Of a stretch of 31,876 nt of DNA, positions 20,701-30,758 are shown one piece after another (within the stretch, counting starts at the first letter, position 1; each line of letters opens with the position of its first letter). A program made the position numbers and the translations under genes. Below the pieces are notes generated by a model that saw only the letters and a list, made by a program, of their open reading frames with translations, was not told the origin of the DNA and searched no databases. The stretch spans positions 244,789-276,664 of the forward strand of contig RQSC01000630.1 in the NCBI GenBank assembly GCA_013416795.1. Reading direction: 5' to 3'. The DNA is from Prasinococcaceae sp. CCMP 1430 (taxonomy: Eukaryota; Plantae; Prasinodermophyta).

Positions 20701-23700
20701 AAGTTCAGACGCGGGAGCGCGCACCGACGATGTCTGAAGCTGCAACTCAGCGGCCTGGCGAGCGTCTTCTGCAACGCGAACCTGCTCCGTCAGCTCGGAG
20801 ACCTTCTTCGACAGCTTCTGTGCATGAGTTTGCATCTCCTTCAGACCCTTTGCCCACGCTTGCGCTTTGCTGATCGACACGCTTCCGGTCATTGAAAGTT
20901 CCAGCCTCTGCTGTGTACGCCGGCGAGCTTCCTCTGCGCTGCGCGCGCTGGCGTTTGCACGCACGACTGAAGCCCGTGCCGCCTCCAGCTCCTGGCGCAG
21001 AAGGGCGTCTGCGGCAGCAATCCGATCCATGGCCGTAGTCGTCGCACTCGGCTGCGAACCCGTGGACGTGACGAGAGGCCTCTCCGCGCTGCCGCTGGCC
21101 ATGACTGCCTCCTCGCGCGCCAAGGAGAGGGTGCGATTCACTTGCTCCAGCTCATGCCTGAGCGCATCTGCCTCCTCTGGAGGCATCATGCGATCAAGGC
21201 TCTCCTCGAGCTCGCTCTGCTTCTCCACAGAGGTGCGCAACGCGGTCGACAGCTCCTTCACCTGGTCCTCGAGCTCGAGGATCTGCTCGCGCAGCTTCTC
21301 ACTCTTGTGCTCAGACGCCTCGACTTCCGACTGGAGCACGCGACACCTGCGCTCAGAGGCTGCTTCGGACATGCGGAGCGCCACGAGCTCCTCACTGGCA
21401 ATCGCCTGTCCGCTGCCGCCGCCGCCAGAGGAGCTCGCAAGCGCAGCCCGCAGCGCGACCACCTGGTCCTGTGCCTGGGCGCTCTCTTCCTGAGCGAGTG
21501 CCAGCGCCGACGACAGCCGCGTGGAGTCGCTGGCAATGCCTTCTTGCGCGGCCGCGTTGGTCACAAGTTCGCCCAGGGCTTCGCTAAGCTCCTTGTTCTG
21601 CTTCGCTGCGGCCAGGACGTCGTCCTGAAGCGCCTGGAGCTCTGACTTGGGGACCATGCCAGCAAGTAGCGACTCCAGCTGGCTGACCTGAAGCGCTGCG
21701 GAGGCAACCTTCTTCTCGACTGCCTCGTTCCGCTTGCGCATGGACTCGTCGAGCGATTCCATCCTCGACTTCGCTGCCGCCAAGGCACGCTGGGCCTTGC
21801 GCTCAGACGACTGCGCCGCCGCAAGAGCCTCGTTCAGCTTGGCGTTCTTGGCATGCGCGAGCATGAGCTGCTGCACGGCGTCGGACGCCGCCTTCTTCAA
21901 GGTGCTCTCGCCCCCGCCACCGCTGCCGCTGCCTTCGGCCACGGCTGAGTCTGCGAGGCGCTGGGCGGCCTCCGCGCGCTCGATAGCCGCCATTTGCGCA
22001 GCCTCGGCCGTCCGCACGCGTTCTTGCAGCGCAGTCTCGTCGCTCTTCCACTCCTTGCGGCGCCGCACGTACTCGGCGTAGAGCAGCCTCTGTTGATCGA
22101 GGACCCGCTCCCACGAGGCGCGGTACGCCTCGACCTCGCCAGTCATGGCCTCGAGCTGCTGCTCGCGACGGGCCAGCTCCGTGAGCGCCTCGACCAGCTG
22201 CACATTCGCCAAGTGCGCGTCGTGAGACATCTCCCCGGCGGTACCCCCGACGGCAATGCCACCAGTGCCAGCGCCCAACGCGCGCGCAAGCGCAGACTCG
22301 GGCACGGCAGGGCGCAGGGGTGTGCCACTGGCATTGCCAGCATCCTGAGCGCTCCCAGTGGCCTGAAGCGTCTCACGCAGACCCTGCAGCTCCCTGCGAA
22401 GCGCAGCGACGTCGCTGGCAAGAGCAGGGTCCGTATGCACAGTAGGCGCCATCTGCGTCGGTGCGGGCGTGTCGAGCTGCGCGAGCGCCATCTGGGGCGG
22501 GGGCCGCGACTCCAGTCCCTGGCGCAGAGCTTGCAGCACAGAAGACAGCTCATTGCCTACAGACTCCGCACTCGCCTCGCTCGGTTCGGCAGAAGGCGCG
22601 CCCGCCTGTCCGCCCGACGTCATGGCCTCCCGCTGAGTCGCTTCAATGTTTGCGAGCTTGTTCGCGATCGCATCGCGGAGGGCCGCGTTTTCCGCAGCAT
22701 ATGTATTGCGCTCGGCGACCGCGGCGCTGAGCTTCTCAAGAGCAGCCCCCTTCTCTGCCGTGGCGGTGGCGAGCGAGATCTCGAGCTCGCGCACACGCGC
22801 GGCGTTCTCACGGTCAGACTCATCGCGCGTGCCCCGCTCGGCGTCGCGAAGGCGGTCGCGGAGGATCTGGACCTGGCGCTCGAGCGTGGCAACGCTCAGA
22901 GACTGGCCCTCCTCCGTACCCTTGTGCTCGTGACGCAACGAGTCGGCGTACTCGTCGAGCAGTTGAAGCTGAGTGGCGCTGAGGCCCAGGCGGGCCGCTT
23001 CCATGCCCTGCCACTTGGCGCGGAATCGCAGCTCAACCTTCAACGCCCGCCGCTCGTCCTCGAGGTTCCCAACCTCCTTCTCCAACTGCTTGCAGAGCGC
23101 CCGGAGCTGCTCCAGCTCGACCTGCGCCGCAGTCCTGAACCCAGTGACGTCCAGGGCCTCCTCCTCTGGGAGGCCAGCGCGATGCCGCAGCATGCGATTC
23201 TCCTCGAGGAGATCTTCCATCTGTTCACCGCGCTGGTTGAGGGCTCGGACGGATGAGCTGAGCTCGTCTTCGACTGAGCGGAGCTGACGCTTGAGCATCT
23301 TGATATCACGCATCGCGTCGGACAGGCCGTAGACGCCACTCTCGTACGCCCCCAGCTGCGATTTTGCCTCCTCGGCGTCGCCCTGAGCAGCTGCAAGGGC
23401 CTCATCAAGCTGCACAAAGCGCTGCCTTTCGGCCTGGAGCTGGTCTTGCAGCCGCTGGACGTCAGCGCGCAGGGCGTTAAGCTCGCCATCCTGCTCGGCA
23501 AGAGCGTCGACGATCTCGGCCTTGGTGTCCTTCTCCAGCTGTTCATAGGCCTCGAGAAGGAGGACCTCCTTGTTGCGCGCATCGCGCAGCGCGGATGCGA
23601 GCGCGCTCGAGCCCTCCGCAGGAAGGGCACCGCTCGGTACGACGCCCGCGCCGGGCGCAGGGCGCAGCACTGCGGGTACAGGCTGGCCAGCCGCCTCCGC

Positions 23701-24976
23701 GACGGCTGAGGCGGCCGCGGCTGCCTGCCGCAGCGACTCGATTTCGCCAGACAGTTGCCCCTCGCGCGACTGCCACTCGGCGAACTGCGTCGAAAACTGC
23801 TCTTCGAAGGAGGACAGCAACGCGTCGCGCTCCTCTACGCTGCCCTCGAGCGAGCTCGCGTGCTCCTTGAGGGCCTCGATTTCACGCTCGAGCTCTGCCC
23901 TGGCAGCGGTGAACGACGCCGCAGTTTCCTCGGCCGTCCGCACCCGCGCATCCAGGGACACCGTCGCCTCGCTGAGCTGCACCACCTCCTCCGCACACTT
24001 GAGCTTTGCTGCGCGCAAGTCCGCGTTCGCCTTCTCGAGCATCTTATTCTCACGGAGCAGGCGGTCGAGCTCCCTGTTCTTGGCCTTGAGCTTGTTGCGA
24101 TCACCGCTCTTGCCCTGATCGGAGAGCTCGGCGCGCCGCTGCTCCGCCTGGACCATGGCGCGCATCTCCTCGAGGCGCGACGCTTTTTCGGCGACTTCGG
24201 CTTCGAGCTTGAGCGCGCGCTCGCGCTCCCGCTCGGCTTCCTCCTCTGCGGCGGCCAGTCGGCGGCCAATGCGCGCGTTGTCTTCGCGCGCCTGGTCAAG
24301 CTCGCCCTGCAGGCGAAGCTGCTCGAGATTAGTGGGGGCGTTCTGGAGTCCCTCGACTTCCTCTGTCAGGCGCTCGCGCTCGCGCTCGCTCTCGTCCAAC
24401 TGCTTGTACATCTCCTCAAGCTCGCGGTTGGCCTCGTTGAGCTGCTTAAGCGCGTCGTCGCTGCCCAGAGTCGACTGGGCGCTGGCGACATCGAGCTTCA
24501 ATTGCTTGACCTGCTGCTCCAGGTCCTCAGCGTCGTCCTGGGCCTGCTCGCTGAGCGCAGCTGAGAGCTCCGCGCTCAGCTGGAGCACGCGAGCGAGCTG
24601 CAGGAAGTCCTCAGGGCTGCGGCCGGCGATGGCGGCCTCGTCGAGCTGCGCTGCGAGCAGTGACTGCGTGGCAGTGATGAGCGACTCATTGCCCTCGTCG
24701 CCCTGCGATCAGCGCATACACATGGAAGATGCGCCGCGCCACGTCGCGTCAGCGGCCAGGCCCTGCATACGCACCGCGAGGTCGCTGCGCCGCGCAACCC
24801 GCTTGCGCGTGGGGGGGTGCACGCGAGGGGACGCGCAGCGGGCGGCGCGAGCGCATGGGTGGACAGGGGGTGGGATGGGCGGGGTTCCTCACCGTCTGGA
24901 TGGCCTCGACGTCGATGCCGTTGACGAGGTCCCAGTCCACGGCGTCCGCCTTGGCGCCGAACGTGACCTCTGCCAT
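17761..24976 (-). CDS. CEP290: Centrosomal/ciliary transition-zone protein CEP290, 2 exons, ~2,341 aa
   Basis: Exon 1 is 24976-24893 (MAEVTFGAKADAVDWDLVNGIDVEAIQT), followed by intron gtgagg...gctgatcgcag and exon 2 at 24702-17761. Long coiled coil with the CEP290 hallmark blocks YESGVYGLSDAMRDIK...DLLEENRMLRHRAGL...LEKEVGNLEDERRALK and C-terminal LSAFTPEFFEELEDLKW. Confidence 0.92.
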
Positions 24977-25872
24977 CGTTCAGCCCGGCCTGCGCGCCCG
25001 CCGTCGGCGCGCACCGAAATTCAAAAAAGGGGCGTCCCCTGCGCGAAGCGCCGGCCGCCGGGCCGCGGCGCTGCGGCGCGACGTGCCGCCCCTCCCCCGC
25101 GCCGCACGCCGCGTCCCTCCCCGCAGGCGCGCGCACGCGCGGTCACACGGGCCGCTCCCCTAAACCGCGGTTTGCCATCCGAAATCCACAACATGATGCG
25201 TCGGACGGTGCCCCGCGGACAATGCTCCCTACGGTGCGCGCGCCGAAACCGCCCCCCAGAAAGCGGGCGTTTTTCGCACGCCGCGCGCGCGCAAATGCGC
25301 GCGCGCGCGCGCTTTCGCGCCGAGCATGCAAAGTGACCAACGGGCGCCGAACGAGCCATCAGAACGAATGCGCGAGCGCCTTCAGAGCGGCTCCGCAGCT
25401 TTTTAAAAAAAAAAAAGGTTTTTGGCCAAAAACGCAGACGGTCTGCCGAAGATTGCATCTGCGGCGCCCCCAGTTTTATATTTGTCACATTTTGAGAAGA
25501 AAATCATGGTCGCGATCGATGCGCGATCTTGACCCACAAAAGGACTCGAAGCGCGTCGGCCCGGCGCGGGCGCGCAACGGGACCCTCGCGCGCACGTGCG
25601 AGGGCGAGCGCCGGGGACGAGGACCCGTGCGGCGCGCCGACGCCGCGGGCGAGCGCCCGGCCCGAGCTCGCACGCGCCGTGTCGCACGCACGCGTTCGTT
25701 CCACGGTGAGCTGTGAGCTTCTGTGCTGATGATCGAAGTTGTTGTACGTGTGTACGTGTACATCTACAATGGTGGTGTGGCGTCTCTTTGATCATGTCAG
25801 CCGCGCCGTCGCCGCTGACGGTGAAGACGATGCGTTTCAACGAATGTGTACGCACGAAGTGGGTCGGCGATC

Positions 25873-26571
25873 TCACGCCTCCCCCATCTCGTCGTCGCTT
25901 TCGGCGGCGCTTGCTCCCCCCGCGCCCGCCTGCTCTGTTTCTGCTCGCGACTCCCGTGCGCCCTCGCGCTCGATGAAGCCATTCTTGCGCAGCGACCTCT
26001 CTACGGCGTGCTGCATGTCGTCTCGCAAGACGATGTCCCACCCGTGCGAGGACACACCCCTCGGCACGCACATACCAGGCGGTGCACCCGCCAGTGCCGC
26101 CGCCGCCGATGCGTCCGTGAGCAAGGCTCCCAGCGCGTCGCGCTCTGTGATTCGTCTGCGCACGATCTGCTCGCGCACTGTCGACGGCACAGACGCGTAC
26201 AGGTCCTCGTGCGGGCGTTTCTCTCCGGCGTGCGGGGCCTCGCCCGGTCCGTGGTCGGCGCTGGTCGCGGCCACGCTCGTGCTCGTGCTCGCGCCCGCCG
26301 GCCCGCCCGCGGACGTAGAGACCGCCCACGGGTTCGCGGGCCGCGGCTCGTACAGTGTCAGCTGCCTTGCCTCGGCGGCCTCGCGCGTGCGCTGCCTCTT
26401 TCGGATGTGCATCCGGTTGAGCTCATTGGCGAGGCCTGTGTCCACGTCCTGCTCGTCCGTTCGCGATGTCGACGCGAGCTGTGGCGTCGCATCCCGCGCC
26501 CCAGCGCCGGCGGAGGCGCCCAGTGGGCCAGCGCCATTCTCCATGCTTCTGTTGCGCGGCGCCCGCCCCAT
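25873..26571 (-). CDS. Hypothetical protein (~232 aa), partly disordered
   Basis: Protein-like frame MGRAPRNRSMENG...LANELNRMHIRKRQRTREAAEARQLTLYEPRP...WDIVLRDDMQHAVERSLRKNGF...SDDEMGEA*. No recognised domain. The start (26571 or 26544) is uncertain. Confidence 0.6.
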   Translation of the reverse strand: MGRAPRNRSMENGAGPLGASAGAGARDATPQLASTSRTDEQDVDTGLANELNRMHIRKRQRTREAAEARQLTLYEPRPANPWAVSTSAGGPAGASTSTSVAATSADHGPGEAPHAGEKRPHEDLYASVPSTVREQIVRRRITERDALGALLTDASAAAALAGAPPGMCVPRGVSSHGWDIVLRDDMQHAVERSLRKNGFIEREGARESRAETEQAGAGGASAAESDDEMGEA

Positions 26572-27109
26572 CGGAATCTCCGCGAGCACGCCCCCGTTCG
26601 GCCGCGCGGGCTCGGCGAGCTTGCCGTCCGCGTGACGCTTGGCTGATTGCGGCTGCTCGGCAGTCGCGCGGCGCGCGGCTGCCTGCTGCGCGCCGCGGCG
26701 CACCCCGCCGTGCCCGCGGGCCGCGGCGCGGCGCGGCGCGCGCCCCGTGTGACAGCGTAGCACCAGCGCCAGCCTTCCCTCCTTCTCTCTGCGTGGTGCC
26801 CGTGCGTGCACGCCTCGCCTTTGATGAAGCACGCGTACAAGATACGGGTCGCCCTGCACTTTTTGACAAATCTGTGGCCACGCCGTCTGAATGCATGCGC
26901 TCAGAATCTGCAGAAAGCTATTCGACCACTCGATCCGACTTTTTGCTCGGCATGGGCTTTGACCTGGGGGGACTCGAACGAACGTGACTACTGCTGCTGC
27001 GGCGGGCGGGCGCCACACTGTGCTCGGGGCGGCGGCGGGGCGCCTGGGCGGGGGCTGCTGCGTGAGGAGAAGGGAGGGGCGGGGACGGACGTGGGGGTCG
27101 ATCCGTCCC

Positions 27110-27134
27110 GGGGGGGGGGGGGGGGGGGGGGGGG
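27110..27134 (+). repeat. Poly-G homopolymer (25 nt), G-quadruplex-prone
   Basis: Uninterrupted G run in a divergent intergenic region, followed by a C-rich tract at 27151-27165. Confidence 0.9.
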
Positions 27135-27255
27135 AGGAGTGCCGGCTGCGCCCCCTCCCCCCCCCACCGCGCGCTGGCACGCACGCGCGACTGCGACCGG
27201 CGCCAGCGGGCGCGCGAGAAAATAAATATCAGACAGAGCTGGGGGGCCGGCGGGC

Positions 27256-28077
27256 ATGGCGGGCACGCCGCCAAGCAAGCCTGCGCCATGCGCGCCTGAG
27301 TGCGCGCGTTCGCCTGCCGAGGAGGACGGCGAGTGGATGAACGAGGTGCACCGCGGCATGGAGGCCATCGTGCTGGAGCGGGGGGCCGAAAACGCGCGGC
27401 TGCGCATGGACGTGGACGTCCTGCGGCGGACGCTCGAGGCGAAGGACGAAGCGCTGCGGGACATGAGCGAAGCGCTCAGGGAGACTCGCGCTGCGCTCGA
27501 GCGCTCGGAGGAATCGCGCGCGCGCTCATCCTCGTCCAGCGACGAGGCGGTGGCGCTCCGCCAGATGCTCGATGAGGCAAACACATCGGCCGCCGACGCG
27601 GAGCGCATGCGTGACGAGGCCATGGCCGGCCGGCGGCGTGCAGAGCACGCCGCCGAGAGCGCCAAGGCGGAGCTCGAGCGGGCGCAGCAGCAGCTGGCGG
27701 AGCTCGAGCGAGAGAGCGCACAGGAGCAGCTGCGAGAAGGGCCGATGGGAAACGGCGGTGGCGGCGGCGGTCAGAGCGACGCGCCGACCCAGGCGCAGGT
27801 GTCCGCCGCGGAGGTGACGCGCCTGCAGAACCTGCTGGAGGAGATGCGCGTCGCCGTCGTGCACGCGCAAGAGCGCGAGCAAGTTCTGGAGCAGGAGAAT
27901 GAGGCGCTGCTCATGAGCATGCGTGGGCAGGCACCGCGCCGGGAAAGCAACGGCGCGTCCATTGGCGAGCGGCTGAGGTCGAGCCCGGCCGCGACGGCGG
28001 CGAGCTCGTTCGCGCGGCGCGTGTCGCAGCGCCTGAACGGCTCGCCGAAGTTGCAGGGCGAGTTCACGCCCTGTTAG
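27256..28077 (+). CDS. Hypothetical coiled-coil protein (273 aa)
   Basis: Strong coding-like codon usage and E/R/L/A heptad-rich helices ([30 protein letters not shown]; [16 protein letters not shown]...LEQENEAL). AT-rich AAATAAAT element ~35 nt upstream. Confidence 0.75.
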   Translation: MAGTPPSKPAPCAPECARSPAEEDGEWMNEVHRGMEAIVLERGAENARLRMDVDVLRRTLEAKDEALRDMSEALRETRAALERSEESRARSSSSSDEAVALRQMLDEANTSAADAERMRDEAMAGRRRAEHAAESAKAELERAQQQLAELERESAQEQLREGPMGNGGGGGGQSDAPTQAQVSAAEVTRLQNLLEEMRVAVVHAQEREQVLEQENEALLMSMRGQAPRRESNGASIGERLRSSPAATAASSFARRVSQRLNGSPKLQGEFTPC

Positions 28078-28237
28078 CAGCGCGGTGGCATACATAAGCG
28101 CCGGTCGTAGCTGCAGCCGCGCGCGCGTCTACTTGTACAGAGGGCAGTCATTTGGTCATCCGTTGATGTGTTCTCACTACGTCGCGATCGATGGGCGGCT
28201 GTGCCAGCCCGCTCGATCGCAGCAGGCTCTCGCCCGA

Positions 28238-29381
28238 CTATGTGCATGCGGCCAGCGCCTTGGTGTTTTTGCCGTCTGGCCCCGCCTTCTTCTTCGTGCT
28301 GTTGCTCTTCTTCTTCTTCTTCGCGCGCGCGGCGGCGCTGTTGGCGCCGCGCGCGCGCTTGGGCGGCGCCGCGATCAGCTCGTGTGGCAGCATCTGCACG
28401 AGCTGCTCGATGCTGAGGGAGGTGACGTCGGTCGCGTCCCCGCCCAGCAGCACCGACGGCTCGTTGTCGCGCAGGTAGCGCGCGAGCGCGGGCAGGTCCT
28501 CGGGCCTCGGGTACTTGCGCGGGCGCCCGCGACTGCGCTTGAAGGTCAGCGAGCCATCCTGCTCGCGACGCACGTCCACTCCGTCGTCCTCGTCGATCGA
28601 TCCGCCGCCCGCCACCAGGAGCTCGGCGGCGGCGCGCTTGACGCGCTCGCCCTCGGAGGAGCGCAGCGCGTTCACCGCCGCGGGCAGCCTCGCGAGTGGG
28701 GGCGCCTTGCGCTTGCGGGTGGCCTCCTCCAGCTCCGGCGAGAGCTTGTGCGCGGCGTGCACCTCCCGCCCCACCCGCGTGCGCATCACGGCCTCGTCGA
28801 GCGCGCGCTGGGAGGAGGCCTTCTTCTTCTTCTTCTTCTTCTTCTTCTTGAGCAGGTGGTACTGCGGCTGTTGCGCGCTCGTGCTGGCGGCCCTCGGCCC
28901 GTCGACGTCGCTGCTGTCGCTGCCGACGTCGCCCTCGCCCGCCGCGATGAGGAGGCGCCGGGGGGTGTCCACGATGCCGATCGCCGCGCCGCCCATGGCG
29001 GCGAGGAGCTGCTGACGCAGCCACACGTTGCTCTTGGAGCCGATGGAGCGGCCGAAGGTGCGCTCGAAGGTGGCGTGGAGCTCGCGCTCGCCCATCGCCC
29101 ATATGATCGCCGCGTGCGCCTCGAAGGCGGCGGCGGCACGCGCGGCGTCGAACTCCTCCCGCGGCGGCTCGTCCTCGTCGCTGCTCGTGCCGTCGCTGCT
29201 GCCGTCGTCCCACCGATGATCCTCCGAGTCCCAGGAGCCGTCGTCCTCCTCCGCCGAGGATGCGTTCTCCTGCGCCCAGCCGCACTCGTCCGAGTCCGAG
29301 AACGACGCCTCCGCTGCCGCGGCGGCCGCGGCCGCCGCCGCTACCTGGTGGTGCGCGGCCGCCGCCGCCGCCGCGATGTCC
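28238..29381 (-). CDS. Putative nuclear DNA/chromatin-binding protein (acidic tract, ELHxTFxxTFGR..WLR motif, poly-Lys, AT-hook); 5' end not found
   Basis: Minus frame reads [17 protein letters not shown]...SDSDE...[27 protein letters not shown]...[12 protein letters not shown]...[13 protein letters not shown]...* with very strong GC3 bias. There is no in-frame ATG before the acidic region. Candidate acceptor gtgcatcag|G at 29382/29381. Confidence 0.72.
28821..28850 (-). repeat. (AAG)n microsatellite encoding a poly-Lys run
   Basis: Tandem TTC on the plus strand, about 10 Lys codons on the minus strand. Confidence 0.85.
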
Positions 29382-29413
29382 CTGATGCACGACCGAACGC
29401 ACCGGGTGTCACC

Positions 29414-30214
29414 ATGCAGCGCTGGAGCGACTACGAGGTCAAGTTTGACTTCCCCGAGCCCACCGAGCTGCCGCCGCCCTTGCTCCAGCTGATTGACGTG
29501 TCCTTCCAGTACCCTACCAAGAAGGAGTTCAAGCTCGACAAGGTCAACGTCGGCGTGGACATGGGCACGCGCGTGGCCATCGTGGGACCCAACGGCGCGG
29601 GCAAGAGCACGCTGCTCAACCTGCTCGCGGGCGACATCGAGCCGAAGGAGGGCGAGTGGCGGCGCTCGCACAAGCTGCGCATCGGGCGCTACTCGCAGCA
29701 CTTCCTTGACGTGCTCACCATGAACGAGACGCCCGTCGAGTACCTCATGCGCCTCTACCCGAACGTGGAGGGCATGTCAAAGGTCGAGGCCATGCGCAAG
29801 ATGCTCGGCAAGTTCGGGCTCGTGTCGCACAACCATACGGCGCCTATCACGAAGCTGTCGGGTGGGCAGAAGGCACGCGTGGTGTTCGCCTCCATTGCGC
29901 TCTCGCAGCCGCACATCCTGCTCTTTGACGAGCCCACCAACCATCTGGACATGCAGTCCATCGATGCGCTGGCGGACGCGCTCGAGGAGTTCAGCGGAGG
30001 CGTGGTGCTCGTGTCACACGATGCAAGGCTCATCTCGCGCGTGTGCGACGACGCAGAGACGGGTGCGCAGATCTGGTCCGTGGATTTCCGCGACGAGCAG
30101 CCTGGCGACGACCCGGAGTGCCGCTACGCTACCGTCCAGCACTTCAAGGGCGAGTTCGAGGAGTTCCGTGAGCGGCTGCTGGAGGAGATCAGGCGCGAGA
30201 ACGAGGAGGACTGA
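29414..30214 (+). CDS. ABC-F family ATPase (plant ABCF4/ABC50-like), C-terminal half only (end of linker + second NBD), 266 aa from ATG 29414
   Basis: [29 protein letters not shown], Walker [10 protein letters not shown], signature LSGGQKARV, Walker [14 protein letters not shown]-loop VSHD. NBD1 is absent from the window. The 5' end coincides with an acceptor-like tgcag| at 29419. Confidence 0.9.
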   Translation: MQRWSDYEVKFDFPEPTELPPPLLQLIDVSFQYPTKKEFKLDKVNVGVDMGTRVAIVGPNGAGKSTLLNLLAGDIEPKEGEWRRSHKLRIGRYSQHFLDVLTMNETPVEYLMRLYPNVEGMSKVEAMRKMLGKFGLVSHNHTAPITKLSGGQKARVVFASIALSQPHILLFDEPTNHLDMQSIDALADALEEFSGGVVLVSHDARLISRVCDDAETGAQIWSVDFRDEQPGDDPECRYATVQHFKGEFEEFRERLLEEIRRENEED

Positions 30215-30704
30215 TCGACGCGAGCGCATGCGGCCAGGGGACAGCGGGGCAGTTGGGCGGCGATCACGGTGCGTGAAGAGGGGTGGCGAGCGTCGCGACA
30301 GGCACGTGTGCCGAGCGCGCGCAACGCCGGTGCCACTGATTACAACCATGAAGGTAACATGGAGAATGGGGCAGGGAGGCGAGACTGCCTACGCATGTTC
30401 GCCATTTCGCCATTTGTATTCGTTCTATGAAGGCACGAGAGCGAGAGAACGCTCGCCCACATATTCTATGGGCGTCCTGTGGCGCAGATGTGCGATTTGG
30501 GTGGGCCTCGCTGACACACAGGTGCATTTACTGCGACTCACCATTGCTGGCTCGCGCACCCCATCCCAGGTTGCTCCTCGAGACGCGTGGACGGCTGGCC
30601 GCGCGGCCGCCAGAGTGCTTCGTGTCGAACATAATAGCCAATTTTTTACACGCGATTGCTCGTGTATGCTGCACTGCTGCTCTCAACTGCTGCTGTCGCA
30701 GGTA

Positions 30705-30709
30705 TTACA
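30705..30709 (-). terminator. TGTAA polyadenylation signal of the methyltransferase gene
   Basis: TTACA on the plus strand ~50 nt past the TGA at 30759. A second copy lies at 30646-30650. Confidence 0.45.
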
Positions 30710-30758
30710 CAATGGGTGGGTGGGTGGGGGTGGGGGGTCACAAAGCCACGTGCAATGC

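Noticed and set aside
26821-26890. TGATGA...CTGA pair resembling a second C/D snoRNA
   Set aside because: No clear terminal stem, only ~8 nt of possible rRNA complementarity, and not in a recognisable intron.
28085-29413. N-terminal 443 aa of the 709-aa ORF, suggesting a novel ABCF fusion protein
   Set aside because: It is the codon-aligned antisense shadow of the minus-strand gene; the poly-Leu mirrors the (AAG)n repeat. It is not a plausible N-terminus.
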